Source: Balanoglossus misakiensis
Lineage: Eukaryota; Animalia; Hemichordata
Assembly: GCA_040954595.2 (NCBI GenBank)
Contig: CM082577.2
Coordinates: 5,258,301 to 5,322,300 of the forward strand
Length of the DNA: 64,000 nt
Direction of reading: 5' to 3'
Position numbers and translations under genes: made by a program. How positions within the stretch are numbered: position 1 is the first letter of the stretch; each line of letters begins with the position of its first letter. Below, one piece after another: positions 26,501-41,600 of the stretch. The notes under the pieces are model-generated. The model was not told where the DNA came from, ran no database searches, and saw nothing but the letters and a program-made list of their open reading frames with translations.

Positions 26501-26979
26501 GGTTGGGAGATCTGGGCAGATTAAAGCCACGCTTCTGATCCAAAACACACAGTTCGATGACAAACCTGTATCAAACAGCTGTTACCGTTGGCAAACCCGA
26601 TAATACAAATGGCTGGGAGTTTGCAGCAAACACAACGTGAGCGAACAAAACAGTTTCTGCGTGTCCACAATAAAATTATTACGTCGAAATCTTTTTGATA
26701 TCACGGTCACTCCACAAAGACCGCGTATAAAAATACATTGAATAGGAAGGTTGTTATTTTATAATCTCGGGAAGGTCGGACTGAAATGTTATTCCAACAT
26801 TAACACCGTCATCTTATCTCTGCCCCTGTGTGTCTCCATCTATCTCTCTGTCTCTCTCTCTGTCCATCTATCTCCCTCTATCTCGTACATAATGCAGTAC
26901 ACAAAAGTGAACATTGTGAACTAGTGCAGTATACATGTACATGTATGTATACATCATGCTGTGCGTCGATTCACAGGTG

Positions 26980-27310
26980 GCAGTCGGCGCAGGCGCAGTG
27001 AGTAATTTTCTGTACGTTGACTCATCTTTGCATACGGTGTACTATGTATTGAGCACAAAGACTCCAGAAGAGGCGGAGCACCGTACAAACGAAACTGCGC
27101 TGGCGATGAATACGTGCTTAGACACCAAACATAACCCCGTCGGGTGACCGTATTCTGTGACATATTGCCAACCCACGGGGACAACGGTATACGGATTTTG
27201 TTCTTGTACACACTGGTATACGGTTCGCGTCACACTCAGACGGAGCGGAGCGCAACGCAGCTACAAGCACCTGCATTTGACGGACCTTGAACTCACGGCG
27301 GAACATCAAG
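26980..27310 (+). other. SBK1: Probable non-coding first exon of SBK1 (5' boundary uncertain)
   Basis: Consensus donor CAAG|GTGAGT at 27310/27311 in a CpG-rich segment past the SYT17 3' region; the next plus-strand coding exon has an acceptor at 42878/42879. Confidence 0.4.
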
Positions 27311-30300
27311 GTGAGTCCTCGGAGGGCAGGAATGTTCCAGAAACCGACCGCGACACTTTCTCCAACTTCTTATTCCGGTGTGTGCGTAGGTCAGCGGTTT
27401 GGTCGCTGAAAAGTGCGTGTTAGTTATTTGATGTGGTGCGTGATTAGGCAAGATTGAGCCATCAAAGGCCCTGTCGCCAAAGCAACGAGCGCGTATATGT
27501 GTATATGTATGTGAACTTTCCAATCCATGTGGTCGACGTTAAACGTATACGTTTTAAGTTTTAAGTATGAGACGTAATGATTATTGAAGTCAAAACATTC
27601 CCGGTACGGTGTCGACAAGGGTATAGATCGGGGTCGAATTTATTGTTCAGGGTTGAAGCGTTAAAGCGGGCTCTCGTATGAATTACACCGAGGACAAAAA
27701 AACACGGGTTTGAAATGTAAGCAGGCGAAATTAGCATTCTTGTCCTGCTGTGTGGCAACGGGAATAAAAACACGCAAACGGCGAAAGTTCGTCTCCCTCG
27801 CCTCGCGCCAGTTGCAGTGCGCGTAGCAGTCGAACAGAAGGAAAAAAACGCTGCGTGAATGTCTTTCTTCTCTCCAATGAGTCCATGACTCAACACTGTC
27901 TCCATCACGGCGCGCTGAGATTGCCATTTCATTTGAGGAAATCGCTTCGAATATCTGGTCAACGTTTACCTTGACTGTGAAGTAATTCTGATGGTAGGGC
28001 GATCTTAGTTTCACTTTTTTTTTTTGAAAACCATGCTCACAGTTCGTTCTGTATATACGCAAAACAGCACTCTCCCCTTTTTCGCATGACGACCAGACGC
28101 ATGTTTGTTCACGGAACGCTTATTTTGTTAAAACCGACGCACCGGGTACTTCGAACGTCGGAAGATCAAAACGATGACCGATCATCTTTGACGTAAATTG
28201 GCGGGAAGCAGGAAATTTGAAAAATCGCTGAAATTAAAGCCTCGAAATTGCTCATATAATCATCCGACATTGCGTGATACACCAGTGTTTGTATTCCGGC
28301 TATGCACCGTGTGTTGAATAATATACGCGACTGTCTCCTCGGCCAACCAGCCTGAGTCTCGCTGCATACAAATTATGACTGCCTAATCTCGTTCAGAACA
28401 TGCGAATTAATTCATTATCCCCTTTATGGTGGAGACCATATTCCATTTAAGGTTAGAGAGGCATCTCAATCATTTCCACCATACATCTCAGCTGGCCTGA
28501 GGCGAAAAAGTGTGTTTTGATTGCGAAAACCTGTCTGCTTGGAGATTCCTAATAACATCATATAGCGGAATAGACGAACTCCATGGGTTGACTAAGTTGA
28601 CTAACACATTACAGCGAGGGTTTTGCAAATAAATCTGCACTGAAGTGAAAAGAATCGCCTGCGGGTCAGATTAACGTGATTTGAAACTACTTTGCAGTCA
28701 ACTCCGGATGACGAGCAACTTCGAATTAGGACTATTTGTACGCATGCGCGTATACACTATGAAACTATTATGATACTGGTTGTTCGGAGCTTGGAGACAA
28801 AGGGATTCGGTGTCCCTAAAGCACTGATAAATAATCACATATTGATTTCTAGACTTTGGTCCCCCAAGCCCCCGATTTCTGAGAACATCACTAGTAGGCA
28901 GCGACAAATCTAAATGATGGTTTCCACAGGAAACGACAATTTTCGCGCTAAATTTCCGCCAATGTCTTTTCTGATAGTCAGGGCAAATCCGGTGATAAGA
29001 GAGTTATGTAAATAAAATTGAAACCAAATATGACATTTCAGATGCGCACCTTCAACATTTCGTTCATCGCTGTCCCCGAGCAAAACTGTTGAATCTTCCG
29101 AATACACAGCTACAATTTAAAAAAAAGAAAGAAAGAAAACACTGCATTAAAAGATGCGGTTTGAATCGACAGCAGAGACCAATTACATCGATAATTGTAA
29201 CTGAAGACTTTGACGACTGGAATACTCAAATGCCGCAAAAGAGAATGATGCGCACATGTCGTAAAGGATCATTCGGTAATTGCATTTTACGACACATGAT
29301 TGATGAGTTTGACAGTGTTTGGATGGCATTGCGGTTTTTATTTCGTTAACAGAACATCAAATGGAAGATTTCAAGTTGTCAATTGAAGGAATGTCTTATT
29401 CTTTTTGTTTACAAGAAATTGCAGTTGTACGCCCCGGTTGTATCGTGACGCACAAGAAAAACTTTGCAAAAAGTTCTAGATAGTGCGTCTTTAATATACA
29501 AAGTGGCAGCTTCAGTCGAATAGAAGGAAGTAGCCTAGAGATGTATGAAGTGAAAATAAAAAAAAAAGTCATGTAAGCTTATCTATCGCGAGAAAGCGGG
29601 AGCGAATGTTGCTAATGGTCGTTAGGGACAACTATATTTAGAGTTGAAATGAAATACCCGATATACCAGACTGCTGACACGACTGTGTCCTTTGATGTGA
29701 ATACATCACATTTTTCGTTCTGTCCCACGAGCATTTCATGGAGACGTACTTTTTCCGGCACAAAGGTCGTGACCTTGTCGTGACCTCGAAATTGTCGAAA
29801 TTCCCCCCAAACCCACGGAAGACAGAAAGAAAATTGACTGGATGCCACCAATTTTGTCGGTAAAGGCCCAATATTTTGAAAATGCCTGCAGCTTAACATA
29901 TTAAGATGCACTCCAATCGGAACATGGTTTATGTCACGGTCATCAGCGGGGATTTGAAAGGCAAAACAGAAGTGCTGTTGCACTGGTTGTTGTGAATATA
30001 TATTTATATGTTTGAACAATGGCATGACATTCCTCCTCACAAAAGAAATATCAAATGTCCGTCAACCAAAAATATACTTGCGGAATGTGTCAACCTTCTT
30101 TTCCTTATTGGAAACAAATCAAAGGCCAGTTTAGAGTTTATTTGTAGGCGACGAAAGGCAACTTTCTCTTTCGTCCGCGATGTGCTCAAGCGTAAATCAC
30201 TCGAATCCAATCAATCGATCATTAATGTGCAAAAACTCGATAGACCACCGTGACGTCAAATTAAGAGATAAATCAATCAAACACAGCCCCAATTTGAAAC

Positions 30301-32789
30301 CATCCACCGGACTGGTACTGCATTGGTCGATGTCGATCGGTGCGTTCCCGATGAGTCAATGCGTGACGTCACATGCCTGAACTGCATTACTCTCCCTCCA
30401 TAGTCGTCTCGCTGAGGCCCGACAGCGTACAACGCATCCGTATTCCGCGTGTGGTGGCGAGCGCCATGGTCGATGCGTACATTTCTCCCGATTACAGACC
30501 TCAGAGCGTTACTGTGATGATACGGTAGATCGATATACTCTCCCGGCGGTATGTATTGCTGTATTCAATACCTCAAACGGTTGTCAGTGTTAATGACACC
30601 GGATGGTGGTTTCTGCATTGCGACATACACCCTCGGAATATTCTCTTGCCATTCCCGCGAACGTATACCATTTACAGCGGTCGCTTCCCCCATTGGGCGT
30701 TGCGTTACCTCATAGCTTGTGGTTAGAACGAAGTGATTCAACTGTATACGTGTTCAGTACAAGGTCGATAAGAAATTCCCACTATTATGTTGCGCACTTT
30801 GGCCGTATGTGTGTTCCTTCGAAATCGCGGTATAACACCAAGACCTGCCCAGAAAGAGACCTAGCGACAACATAAAAACAAAGTTTTAAGAAATTTTCAG
30901 ACATACGTTGATATGAACGTTGCTGCAGATAAACATTTTCAGTTTTATACCGGATTTTAAAAAACAGTTCAAACCTACTTGAGTGCTTTTAAAATCGTCC
31001 AAATATATATTATCGATCGCGGGATTGTCAGTTCGTGTCAGATAATGGATGGCACTGCTATATGCTTGCAATCCGTGCAAATAATGTTTTGGAATTTATG
31101 ACTGGGGAATTTTTATTCAACAGGGTTGCTCATTCAACAGACGCGTTACATCAATAAGTATTGCGTGACCTTGTTATAGAATGAACCGCAACCCTGCTTC
31201 GATATCTTCATCAGACTGAGGCCTCAAGTGTATTGCTGTATTTGAAATAAATCCAATTAGCCGCCTTCTGTGGAGGAACTCCCTACTATCACATAAACCC
31301 ATTAGACCAGTTTTGCTCGGGTAATTGCGTTCATTTGTCTGCTCGGTATTGAAACACGGGCGCGGTCAGCCGATATGGTGATTACAAACACTTGGTTCGA
31401 GCAAGTGTACACTGAGGACGAAATCGTATCGGTTTTTATTTCTTGCATATGTTTGCTGCAACCTGCAACCGAGCCCACTCGGGACATGCTCCAATATAGA
31501 TCATCGCATCGTTCTTGGCATTCCAACAGACGGCTGTCCCCCAGGCTGACGCGGGGCTAACCCGTGACGCGAAATCGACATTGCAATTGTCTCTCACGCA
31601 TTTCGCAACAGAGGGGGTAACGCAACGCTTCGCGTGAAATGAAATCAACACTACTGTAGCTCGGGGGCCCTTCATGTCTCGAAGTACAAGGATGTATTAC
31701 ATGTACGCGTATTCCTGCTACAGCTCTCTTATGGTGGTCCATAGATGGGGCCTACCCTCCGTCCGGACCGAATATTACTAGAATCTGTCCCAGGAATTTA
31801 TCTTCACACAACATAATAATAGTAGTCCAACGTCTTGTAACCGTCTTTATCTGCTAGTGTATTGATGCCAGTTTATAATTAGGGCTCTAAATACAAATTC
31901 ACTTTGTTGTCTCTGAGTAATTCTGTGCTGACGTCATCTTTAAATTTCCACGCATTGCTGTTTTGTGGTGTATGTAAGATAATGACATGTTTTCGTAATT
32001 CAAGGGCTTCGCTTGTTGAATGATTCCACCAGAACACTTCATAAAAAAATCAACGCGGCGATTAATTAATATGCAATGCTAAAAAAAAAACCTTCGACCT
32101 TATCCGTAATTAGCAAACATTATTTCATCAATATTAATGTGATAGATAGCAACACGGTTTCATTAACGGCCTCCGAATAGCTGTTGCTGTAATTAAGGCC
32201 TTCAAAATATACAGTCTTCGAAGCATTTATTTTAAATGCCTCCCCGGCATAGCGTTTTACACAAATCTGTGTGAACAACGCACACTCAAAACATAGCTGT
32301 CATTTTTTCTTCATATGAAAACAGCTGGCACTGCGAACAAAATCACGTTCCTTGTTCACGATGGTTGTATCCATGGTGAATAGTAAATACGTATTTTGTT
32401 ACACTTTTGAAATAATTTTATCATGCTGTAGTTTTCGCGTTGTTGTTGTTCCAACGTCTCTGCGTCCGGAGGTCGGGGGTGCTACTCCCGTGAAGAATAT
32501 ATAAACTGTATGTGTTGTCCAACTGGGTTCTATTTTCATGTCTGTGTGGCCTTGTTTGGACCCCCTGGGATTATACGCAATCCATAATGCATGAACTGCG
32601 CGAGGCCGTTCAATTAAGTGAGTTTATGTCCGGACAGTAAACAAAAAAGTAGCAGCATGCATATTGTGAATACTCTGAGGACTGCACGCTTTGGGGAGTG
32701 TGGCCGCAATATGTATAGTTGCTACATAAAATATTTTTTCCAACAAGACAATTCCTTCTTTGCACAACGTATCTTTAATTTTTGTCTCA

Positions 32790-33033
32790 TATTTTACTCA
32801 AAGTAACTTTAGGTAATTCTCTCTTAAAATTGAGAATAAAATAGGGGGGTCACGGCGCAAAATTTTGAATGACAGAGCTGAATTGTCTCAAATTTGAAAT
32901 TCAAAATGGCCGCCTAACATTTTAGATACGATGTTTCTTCTTTGATTTTTAAAAAGGCTCCCCGCACACTTTAGTATAGCAACGAATTGAAAGATTTGGA
33001 GGAAATCTGTCCCAGAGGCACGTACTACTTTAA
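32790..33033 (+). mobile_element. Non-autonomous DNA transposon (MITE-like, TTAA-flanked, Kolobok-like), copy A
   Basis: ttctctcttaaaattgagaataaaa...ggtcacggcgcaaaattt...gacagagc...aattgtctc...gaaattcaaaatggccgcc is the reverse complement of 48133-48240; ends GAGGCACGTACTACT-TTAA. Confidence 0.65.
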
Positions 33034-34974
33034 GTCAGAGAAACAAAACTCATTTTGCAACATTGGATCTGTTCTAATAACCCTATAAAAGTGAAAGAGA
33101 GATGAATCATCGATTACAGCAGTAGATAGAAATAGATATGGGCGATGCTGTTTAGTGGGCATCCTAATCACCGCTTTCTCATTTTATCAAAATTAAAAAA
33201 GACTATGTTTGAATATTTTGTCTCATAAAAAAACTAGTCACAACGATGCAAGAATCGCAATTTCTGTTTTACGACGGGGCAGAGAAAGGATTTGGCCAAA
33301 TAATTTAGCGTGACATAAAAAAATTATGAGAAGTGGTTAAACGTATCTCGCTGATGGTACGTTGGAGGGTTTCCACTTTCCAGTCATCAAACTTTTATCT
33401 CTGGACGAGTTCGACTATCATGTCATGAAATTGAGAATTCCCCCAGCTCTTGTGTCGCAAACAACATTGACTTTTAAATTCGTCATTGTAGGTTTCAAAA
33501 ATAAAATAAAAATCGTCAATTTGATGTTCTACGCGCCATTTTCCCGCAGCGGTTAACGTTAAATCGTGCCACGTGAGCGCCATCGCTCAAATTGCCTACT
33601 TTTCGTCTCGGCTAATTTTCGCTGATAAAAATTCATGTTGCATGCACGCCGCGGTCATTAGAGGCGAGAATGATGTTCGCTATCGTTCTCCGCGCCAAGA
33701 TCCATCAATAGGCTTGTCATTTTTTACACTAATATTACTTGCAGATTTGCTGGCTGTGGCGAGTCGGTTTCAACCTGCCCCGCGCTCTTAATACGTGAAT
33801 ACATGAATACAATTTAACACACAATATAAATATCCACCGCCGTGACCTCAATAGCAATTTCTATTTATTGTGAATAAATTGCTATAATTGCACGTTCATT
33901 CAAGGCGACTCGCCGCTTGGAAATCAATACAGTGGTGAAAAATTCAAGGATATAAACGAGCACGAATGTCATTCACCTCACTGATGTAACTTTTTACCCG
34001 CGGATCACAAGTTTTGTCAGACTGAGTGAAATTGTGTACAAATTGCTGTAAATGTCTGATAATCACGAATATCCCGCCTTTCAGTCACGCGTGCAACATT
34101 CGGTGAATAGATGGAAATGCGAAGGAAACCACCACTGCGTCCTTGTTAGCGGCGGATGTGCGGCAACAATGGGAAAAACTTTCCAACTGATTCGGCTTGC
34201 TCAAGCGACTTTCCAGGAAATTTTCTTGTGGACAAAAGCTTGGAGTTATTTCGGGATTTTTTCCCCGGGCGATCAAAATATTATGTTCCAAGGCCTAATG
34301 GAGCCCCCAAAACTCTGCCTGTGGTGTTAACACTGCGGATCCAGTTGGCGTCCAACGCCTCATTTGCATGGCGTAATCCATCAAACAGACGGCTTAGATA
34401 AAGTTGAAACACCTCTGAAACGAGGTCTTCGGTCAATGGCGCCGGTACTTTCGGCGATGTATCGCGTTCCCTGTTATAGTCACATTAAGCGCAGAGTATC
34501 GACTTCTTTTTTACTTTAGGGCTGTCTATTTTATCTCATAGTGCCTGTCTGAAGATGAGACCCAGACTTTTCGCATCGCATTGGAGCGAGTAAATGGACA
34601 ATTAATGAGACATAATCTTTGCCTTCGGGCGAACACGATCCTCGGAAATCAATGCGGAACGCTAATATTCGCAGAGAAATGACCTTTCGTAGAAACACAG
34701 TCTAGCGGCCCGAACGCAACCACCCAACGATGAGGGCGTTTATTGGAAAAAGTCACGTGACTATTTTCAAAATGGTAGCTTATTTTTGTTGTTGCGCTAA
34801 CCTTCAGAAAACACGGGCGATTTTGTCCGATTGGAGAGTCTTTACCTTGAAATGACAACAGTATCGATAAAACTAGAATCGTACGGATATGTTGGCAGAT
34901 TATCGCGCCTTAAGCATGGTGGGATTGGGTTGTAGACGTTTTTTCCCACGATCGACCGTGAATGAAAAACGGAG

Positions 34975-35345
34975 GTATTGCGATGTTTTTCAAGTTTACC
35001 GACCCGTATCTCAAGAAATATTGGAGGTTGCACAATAATCTTTACACCGCAAGTTAGGTAATTTATCAGTCTAAAGCTGTGTTAAATTTGAAGTGTTTCG
35101 GACGTTTTATATAAAAGTGCTGCACTTTCTCGTGAACCCTTCATTTTCCGGTGAACGCGAGTTATTGTGACATTTCTCAAGTTCACCTATCCGTCTTTTA
35201 AGAAATATTTAAGGTTGCCCGACAATTTTTACATCGCGAGTTAGGTTATTTATCAATCTAACGCTAGGCAAAATTTGAAGTGTTTCAGACGTTTTATAAA
35301 AAAGTGCGGCGCTTTCTTGTGAACCTTGCACTTTACGTGACGCGG
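34975..35345 (+). repeat. Diverged tandem dimer, ~186-bp unit
   Basis: Both units share caagtt.acc...aagaaatatt..aggttgc...ttaca.cgc.agttagg..atttatca.tctaa.gct...aaatttgaagtgtttc.gacgttttata.aaaagtgc.gc.ctttct.gtgaacc. Confidence 0.8.
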
Positions 35346-38300
35346 CTCGACTTCCGCGTTTCGTGCAGGCGCAGCATGTGAAGTGAACTGCGCGATTTGT
35401 TTTGTCTGGTGACCATGGAACGAGCCACACTTTCTTGGATATAATAAAACATTAAATTACTGTAAAACTGTATATGACTCTGTTCCTACAGATATATTCC
35501 TACGATTTGCAATGTCAATTTTCAGTGCATTATTGCCGATGCTACGGTCGAGTGCTACGGGCACTGTTAGCTCTGCTTGGCTGGGCTGCGTGTCTTATCA
35601 CCGCAGACGTACACACAAAGCCCAGGCTGCCACGCAGAGCTACGGGCACTGTGTACATGCACGTATGTCCACGGTTCATCTTGATTGCCACAGTGATTCA
35701 TAGTTTGAAGACTTGAGCACAGTGTCAAAAGAAAAGAAATGACTGAAGTTATGTTTATTGAGAACAAGCTTTTGTAATTTGTCTATTCTGATACATAGAC
35801 TGACCGCGTCCACGATATAGGCACTACGAGCTGTACGACTACGAATGAAATCCTCAACTAGGCCCCCTGTGACTTTGGCCTTCCACTCTCCACAAACTGT
35901 TCAGAACGGGGAGAGAGCAAGGGGAGACAGTACAAGATTTATACGCTGAAATACAGCGATCATGCTAGCCAATTTCGACACAACGAAAATTTGATGATTG
36001 CAGACTCTGCTGAGCAACAGTTCGGCGATACAACTCGGCCAAGTACGTGCAATTCTATGAGCTACTCTGAGGCTGTTGCGTCACAATACGGGCTGAGTTT
36101 AAGGAGCTCTTGAGGGAATACCTCTGGGGGTTGCATCATGATTTTTTAAATTTTATTACAAGATATATCGAATTCACTGAAAATGATGTTTAAATTTAAA
36201 AATTCATTTTTATATAAAAGTGCGGCAGTTCGTAAAAACCCGGAAGTGCGGCGTGTTTTGATTTTAGTTGTTCTGGGGTCACTCCGTAATTCGCTCATTT
36301 TTGCAAAGAAAACGTGTTTTTTACCAACAAAAAACATACAGATATGTAGTTTAGATATAATTTTGGCCATTTTATCAGTTTGAGTCATTCAACTGCCGTC
36401 CCTGCTTGTTAATTTGGCATTAAAAAAAGCGCGGGACTTTCGCATGCCACTTCTGGCTGTGTGTACGACAGAACGTTGAGGGCGTCACCAGAACTAAAAA
36501 ACTGGGCAATTAACGGTCAAATGGCTGACCTGCGTTCGGGCTGCTAGTGGTTCACAACGAGGTAACCGACCAGCGAAACTAAAAGTGAGAAGTTTTTACT
36601 TTCAATTTATGTCGGCTGTGCTTTCCGGTTATGCACTATCCCATCTATTTTATGAGTTCAGGGTGTCCCAAGGGACGATTGGTAGTCGCAGTACGTAACC
36701 GCCTGCAGACTACAACCCTCGATGACGACATTTTGTTGTCTGAAAGAAAATCTCGAGTGGAAATAGAGCAGATACAATTTCCTCGGATGCATAAATGTCG
36801 GTAGACAATAATGTCCACATTGCGTTTAATCCCGCGAGATCACAAAAAAAACTCATAACAGAATTACGCTAGGGGTGCCAATTATGGATGAAGTGTCGTT
36901 TCGAGAAGAAACCATTTGCTGAACAGCGGTGTTTGGAAATTGGAAAACATTTGTCTCGAAGCGGTACTGTCAGCGCTGTTCACTGCAACATGGCTGGCAA
37001 TTATTCAATGTTCCAGTAGCTGGATGTACTAAACCAAGTCTGCACTTAATCGTTACACCGATGATCGCTCGGCATTGAAATAAACTGCCAAGGCTTCACA
37101 TGTATACTCTCGGCACCGAGATCTTTCCATATTTAGACCCTGTAATGAGATACATTGGTATCAAAGGCGAACCGATTTTATTGATTTAGAGGTAAAATGA
37201 TTTTTATTTTTACGCCCAACAAACCAAACGACACATGCGACCTTTACCGCGAAAAATTAGACATTACGCCCCCGGCTCTCGCTGCAAAGGACAAATTGAC
37301 GAGAACTTAATGCCAAATCTAGATAAATTACTCTCGTGGTTTTTGTGTCGTGTAGCTCTACAAGAGCAGAGCGTTCAGCTTTTTCTCGGCTTTATAGGTT
37401 TCACGAAAAATGGGACATTAATCACTTATAAAACTGGCAGTCGGCTTTTATGGCGGGAAAGGTCCCTAGGGCATTTTTAAGAAACCAGTTCTCGTTGTTG
37501 TGACGTCACACACGAGACGTCGGAGGATATTACTCGTTCAGTTCAAGTGTATGTCGTCCTTTTTTAGCATTTATCCAGTGACGTCACCAGGCTTGCCTCG
37601 GATCGCCTCTCACCCAGTCAAAAGGCCCGCCAACAAAATTGAAAGGTTTCCATTCGATAGGGTGCGGTTCAGAAGCCACCGCTGTAGCTGATAATACGAT
37701 TGTAGGACGTTCGTGCTGTTGAAACTATGTGCATGACTGTGAAACCATCGCCATTCATTGTCACCTGTTATTAAAAAATGTGCGACAAATGTACCGCGAT
37801 GAGTCGGCTTTCACAAACCTGACAGAACTCACGTCAAGTATGGCCTCGGGGTCACTTCCGGGCATGTTGAAATGGAAAAGAAAAGGGCTAGCGTACATTT
37901 TGTACATTCTGTACACTTATTTCATGGTGAACACATCACCTTGGCAACGAGTGCAAATCTTCCAGCGAAGCCTTTCCAGTGCAGAACGTGTCTGTCGCGT
38001 TAAAATCCATTTCCCTTTTTTTCAATTCAACGCAGCTATAGCTCCTGATAAATTATTCCTCTTTCAAGGCTCTTTCATGGGGTTTATTAAAGTTTCAGAG
38101 TTTGTGAATACGTATTCACCATCGAAATTCCTATTATGCTTTCGTGTGCACATTCGTTTTGAAAACGTTGCCGTTCTTGTGCGTCGACTTTCCCGCCAAA
38201 AAGAAGCGTGAAATTATTTTCTCGTTTGCGAAAGTGCGCATTTGAACGTCCTACCGACGAGCCGGTCGGGTCTCGGCGCGCGTCTGTTCGTCGAATGGCC

Positions 38301-38662
38301 GCCTCTTGAGTCATGTAATGTTTTTAATACTTCACCAATTTAGTGAACTACTTCTCGGAACAAATAAATCGGCGATCATGCGTAGCGGTATTCCGGGCTT
38401 GTAATCTCCTGTTCAGTCAACGAGCGGCAGGTTTGTAGTTTCTGATCATTCGATAGATCACTTCAATTGCCAGACTCGGAGACCGGTTGATCTTGATTAA
38501 TCCTCAAAATATCGAGTTCGGATGCAAATGATACACACAGCTAAACTATACTTCCAAAGAAGGAGGCGGAGTTTCTCTTTCGCATTGCATATATGGTCCC
38601 ATGCTACCGGAAACGGCATATTGTGTCTTAGACATGATGTGGTTCATGGTGATGATAGAGAT

Positions 38663-38697
38663 TGGCGGCCATTTTGAATTTGAAGTTTGAGACAATG
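38663..38697 (-). mobile_element. Short fragment of the same MITE family
   Basis: ggcggccattttgaatttgaagtttgagacaat matches the core of copies A and B. Confidence 0.45.
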
Positions 38698-41600
38698 CTT
38701 TTATAAATCTCGTTTATTTTCAATTATACTAAGTTCTCGTGGGTGAGACATGAACATGTTTTATGAATCTGCACAGCGTGATAGTTTTGTGTGTCATAAT
38801 TGGAACGCGATCTAGTTTTTTTTTATGTGTATTACCTTGGGAATCGTATTATCTGATGTGAAGCATAAAACGACACTATACGGCGCATGACAGAATGACA
38901 TCCCACACAAAGTCGTATACACGTATTAACCTTATTTGTCCGCCCGCCAGCAGCATCACTTTACCGCCACACGGACGCGGAAGCCGTAAACTATTATGAT
39001 GCTTTGGTAGATTTTGTTTGATTGCATCATTCATGACAGTGAGGGATGCCAAGCATCGCTAAAACACGTCCCGAGGAGAGGAAACTACTGACATTCTTTC
39101 AGAAATGCTTGCAGATTTTCCGGTCGTGTACTGTATCATCTTTTTAATTAGGTCAATGCCAGCTCTACCCCGTCACGTCCCCGTAAATTCAAGGCAGCTT
39201 ATTTGTACATCACTCGAAATTGAACGGCAAATAATTGTATTTGTAAAGTGATTGCGCCGGACGAAAATAGCGCACTTAGCACTTCCAGTACCCGGGCGAA
39301 GGAGAGGCAGGCCTTGATCTGTGATGCGCCGGTTAAACATTGAATAACCGAACGTTAAAGCCCTTTGGCATGAAATCAATAAATTACAGGGGGACGCTGA
39401 CCGCGAGTGACACTGCAACGACGTTCTATTAAAACTACCACTCCCTGTGACACATTGAATTTATCTCTTTTTTTGGCAATAAACGCCCACATCTCCCGTT
39501 GATCATACGTTGCTCGCCCAAATTTGATGACAACGCGACAGAAGTGAAAACGGCGCTACATAATTCATCATGGAATGAGGACGTACTCGACACATATTGA
39601 AATCAACGGCGAGGAGAGGTCGCAACTTGCTGTTTATTTTGAAACCCGTTTATTAATTAATATCAGATATATTGTGCGCATGGCATTCGGGAGACACTCG
39701 ATGAGTGTATAGTGTAGCGTTGGACGATGGGTAGATTTGCGAATCACGCTGTTGGATCTGTCAGCCTGCAGCGTTAGCGTACGGTTGAATATATGACGGC
39801 ACTTGATTGATGGCTTGCCTCGAATCTGGCAATAACACACCTAGATTCAAATGCAGATGGTTTGCTCTGCAAGAAGTAAGTTTTATGGATCACTCTTATC
39901 ATTATGCTGTGTTATTTTCCGTGCAGGTTTTTCCGTGATTTGACAATGTTGGCACGGTCCACAATGTTGGCAAGTGTGCCACAGTTTGCGCGTCGTGTGC
40001 TCTTTATGAAATGAATAATAAGGCAAGCAGGCTGGATTGTCTTTACAGTCGATTTAACACGTACTGGGACCATTCGTGTGATTTGACCAAAACTTTAGTG
40101 TCATCATGTCCACAACAGTCACAGGGACCTTTAAAAACAATAACCATCACCCATGGTATCTCTTTAACACAGGATGGTAATTTTAAGACTAATCAATACG
40201 GTTGGGATGTTTCTTTTTGTTGTTATATTTCCATATGCAATTTTGACGTCATTGACACAATTATGTGCGTAGCGTTGGAGGAACTGCCTACCTGGTTACG
40301 CAACGCATTGCACCTGGATGATATCATGACGTCACAACGCGTCACGGATACTTGCGTGCCTATGTTGAGGGTCCCGGATGCAACAGCCGTCTTGCCCAGA
40401 TTTGGGGCAAGATGGCTGCCACATCCGAAATCTGCCACTTCTACATCATCAACCTACCAGATTAATTGAGAGTCGAACTTCATTTGGGATGGGCACTCAG
40501 GATGTTTGGGGCACTCGAGTCTTTCCTGTTTCGTTCGAGGTTGCCCTGGCAACATCATAATCAATCAAATCAAAGCGTTTTTACCACATCGGTATCTTGC
40601 TTAGAGAGGAAACGCGTGATACGCAGTGTTTGATCATAATGTTAGGCAATGCACGAAGGGGCCAGAGGTTATTTTGTTGTCCCGGTTTTTATCTTCTGCT
40701 GAAGTGTTTGTTTTGGTTTCGGAAGTCCGCATCTAGCCTTTTTAAACGGATAAGAATAAATTTAGAAGTGTGCACCGGAAAGCGACGAACCATATCGCCA
40801 CGATTTGTGTTGTCAGACATCATGCTTGATTTCGGCTCCCAGATCCTCTTTCCGTACGTACACTTGTCGTATACTACGGCATATGTACAGAGATATGATG
40901 AATGTCACATCGTTCTTTGAAAGCAAGTAATATTCTTCGCGGACAAGATGGTGTGTCAATAGTATATCTAGATTTCATATGCGCCCGACAAGCTGTACAA
41001 ATACTCAGTCGATGCAATAGCGGCGCTCTCGACGGTTGCATGCAAGGGTTGATGACGGCATGACGTCACTAATAAGTCACTGTGGACGCTGAAGGAATTA
41101 GGCCAAGATTACGGTGACTTACACCGGTTCATAAACTGTCGTTTCCTTTCCAATCTTCTCTCTTTCTTTTTTAATTTAGCGGGATTACAGCCAAACTTGG
41201 TGGGGAGAGAGATTGGCGAATATTCGATTCGCGTGTGCAGTCGACTAAATAGTAAATAGCTTATACGGCGTTGATTGATGGACAGGCAGTGGTTGTCGCG
41301 GTGCTCACACTCCATCCTCGTTCAGTGCTCCAGGTCAAATTTCGTCTGCTAGATCTATCATGAGGCCCCAAACGAAAAGACGCGTGATTTACACACTACT
41401 ACTGTGAACTGAAAAAAAAGCATCAAGGGAAAACCTCAGCCGATTTGTTTCAACTATGTTTTCTGAAGAAGGGCAATCGGTTCACCGCTGCATCGGTTCA
41501 AGCTGTGTTCGCCGGTAATACGATCGTCTGAAAGTGCCGCGATGATGGTATAGCGACTTGAAATGCACTGCAAAGGCACCGGGTTCGCTCACGCTGACCC

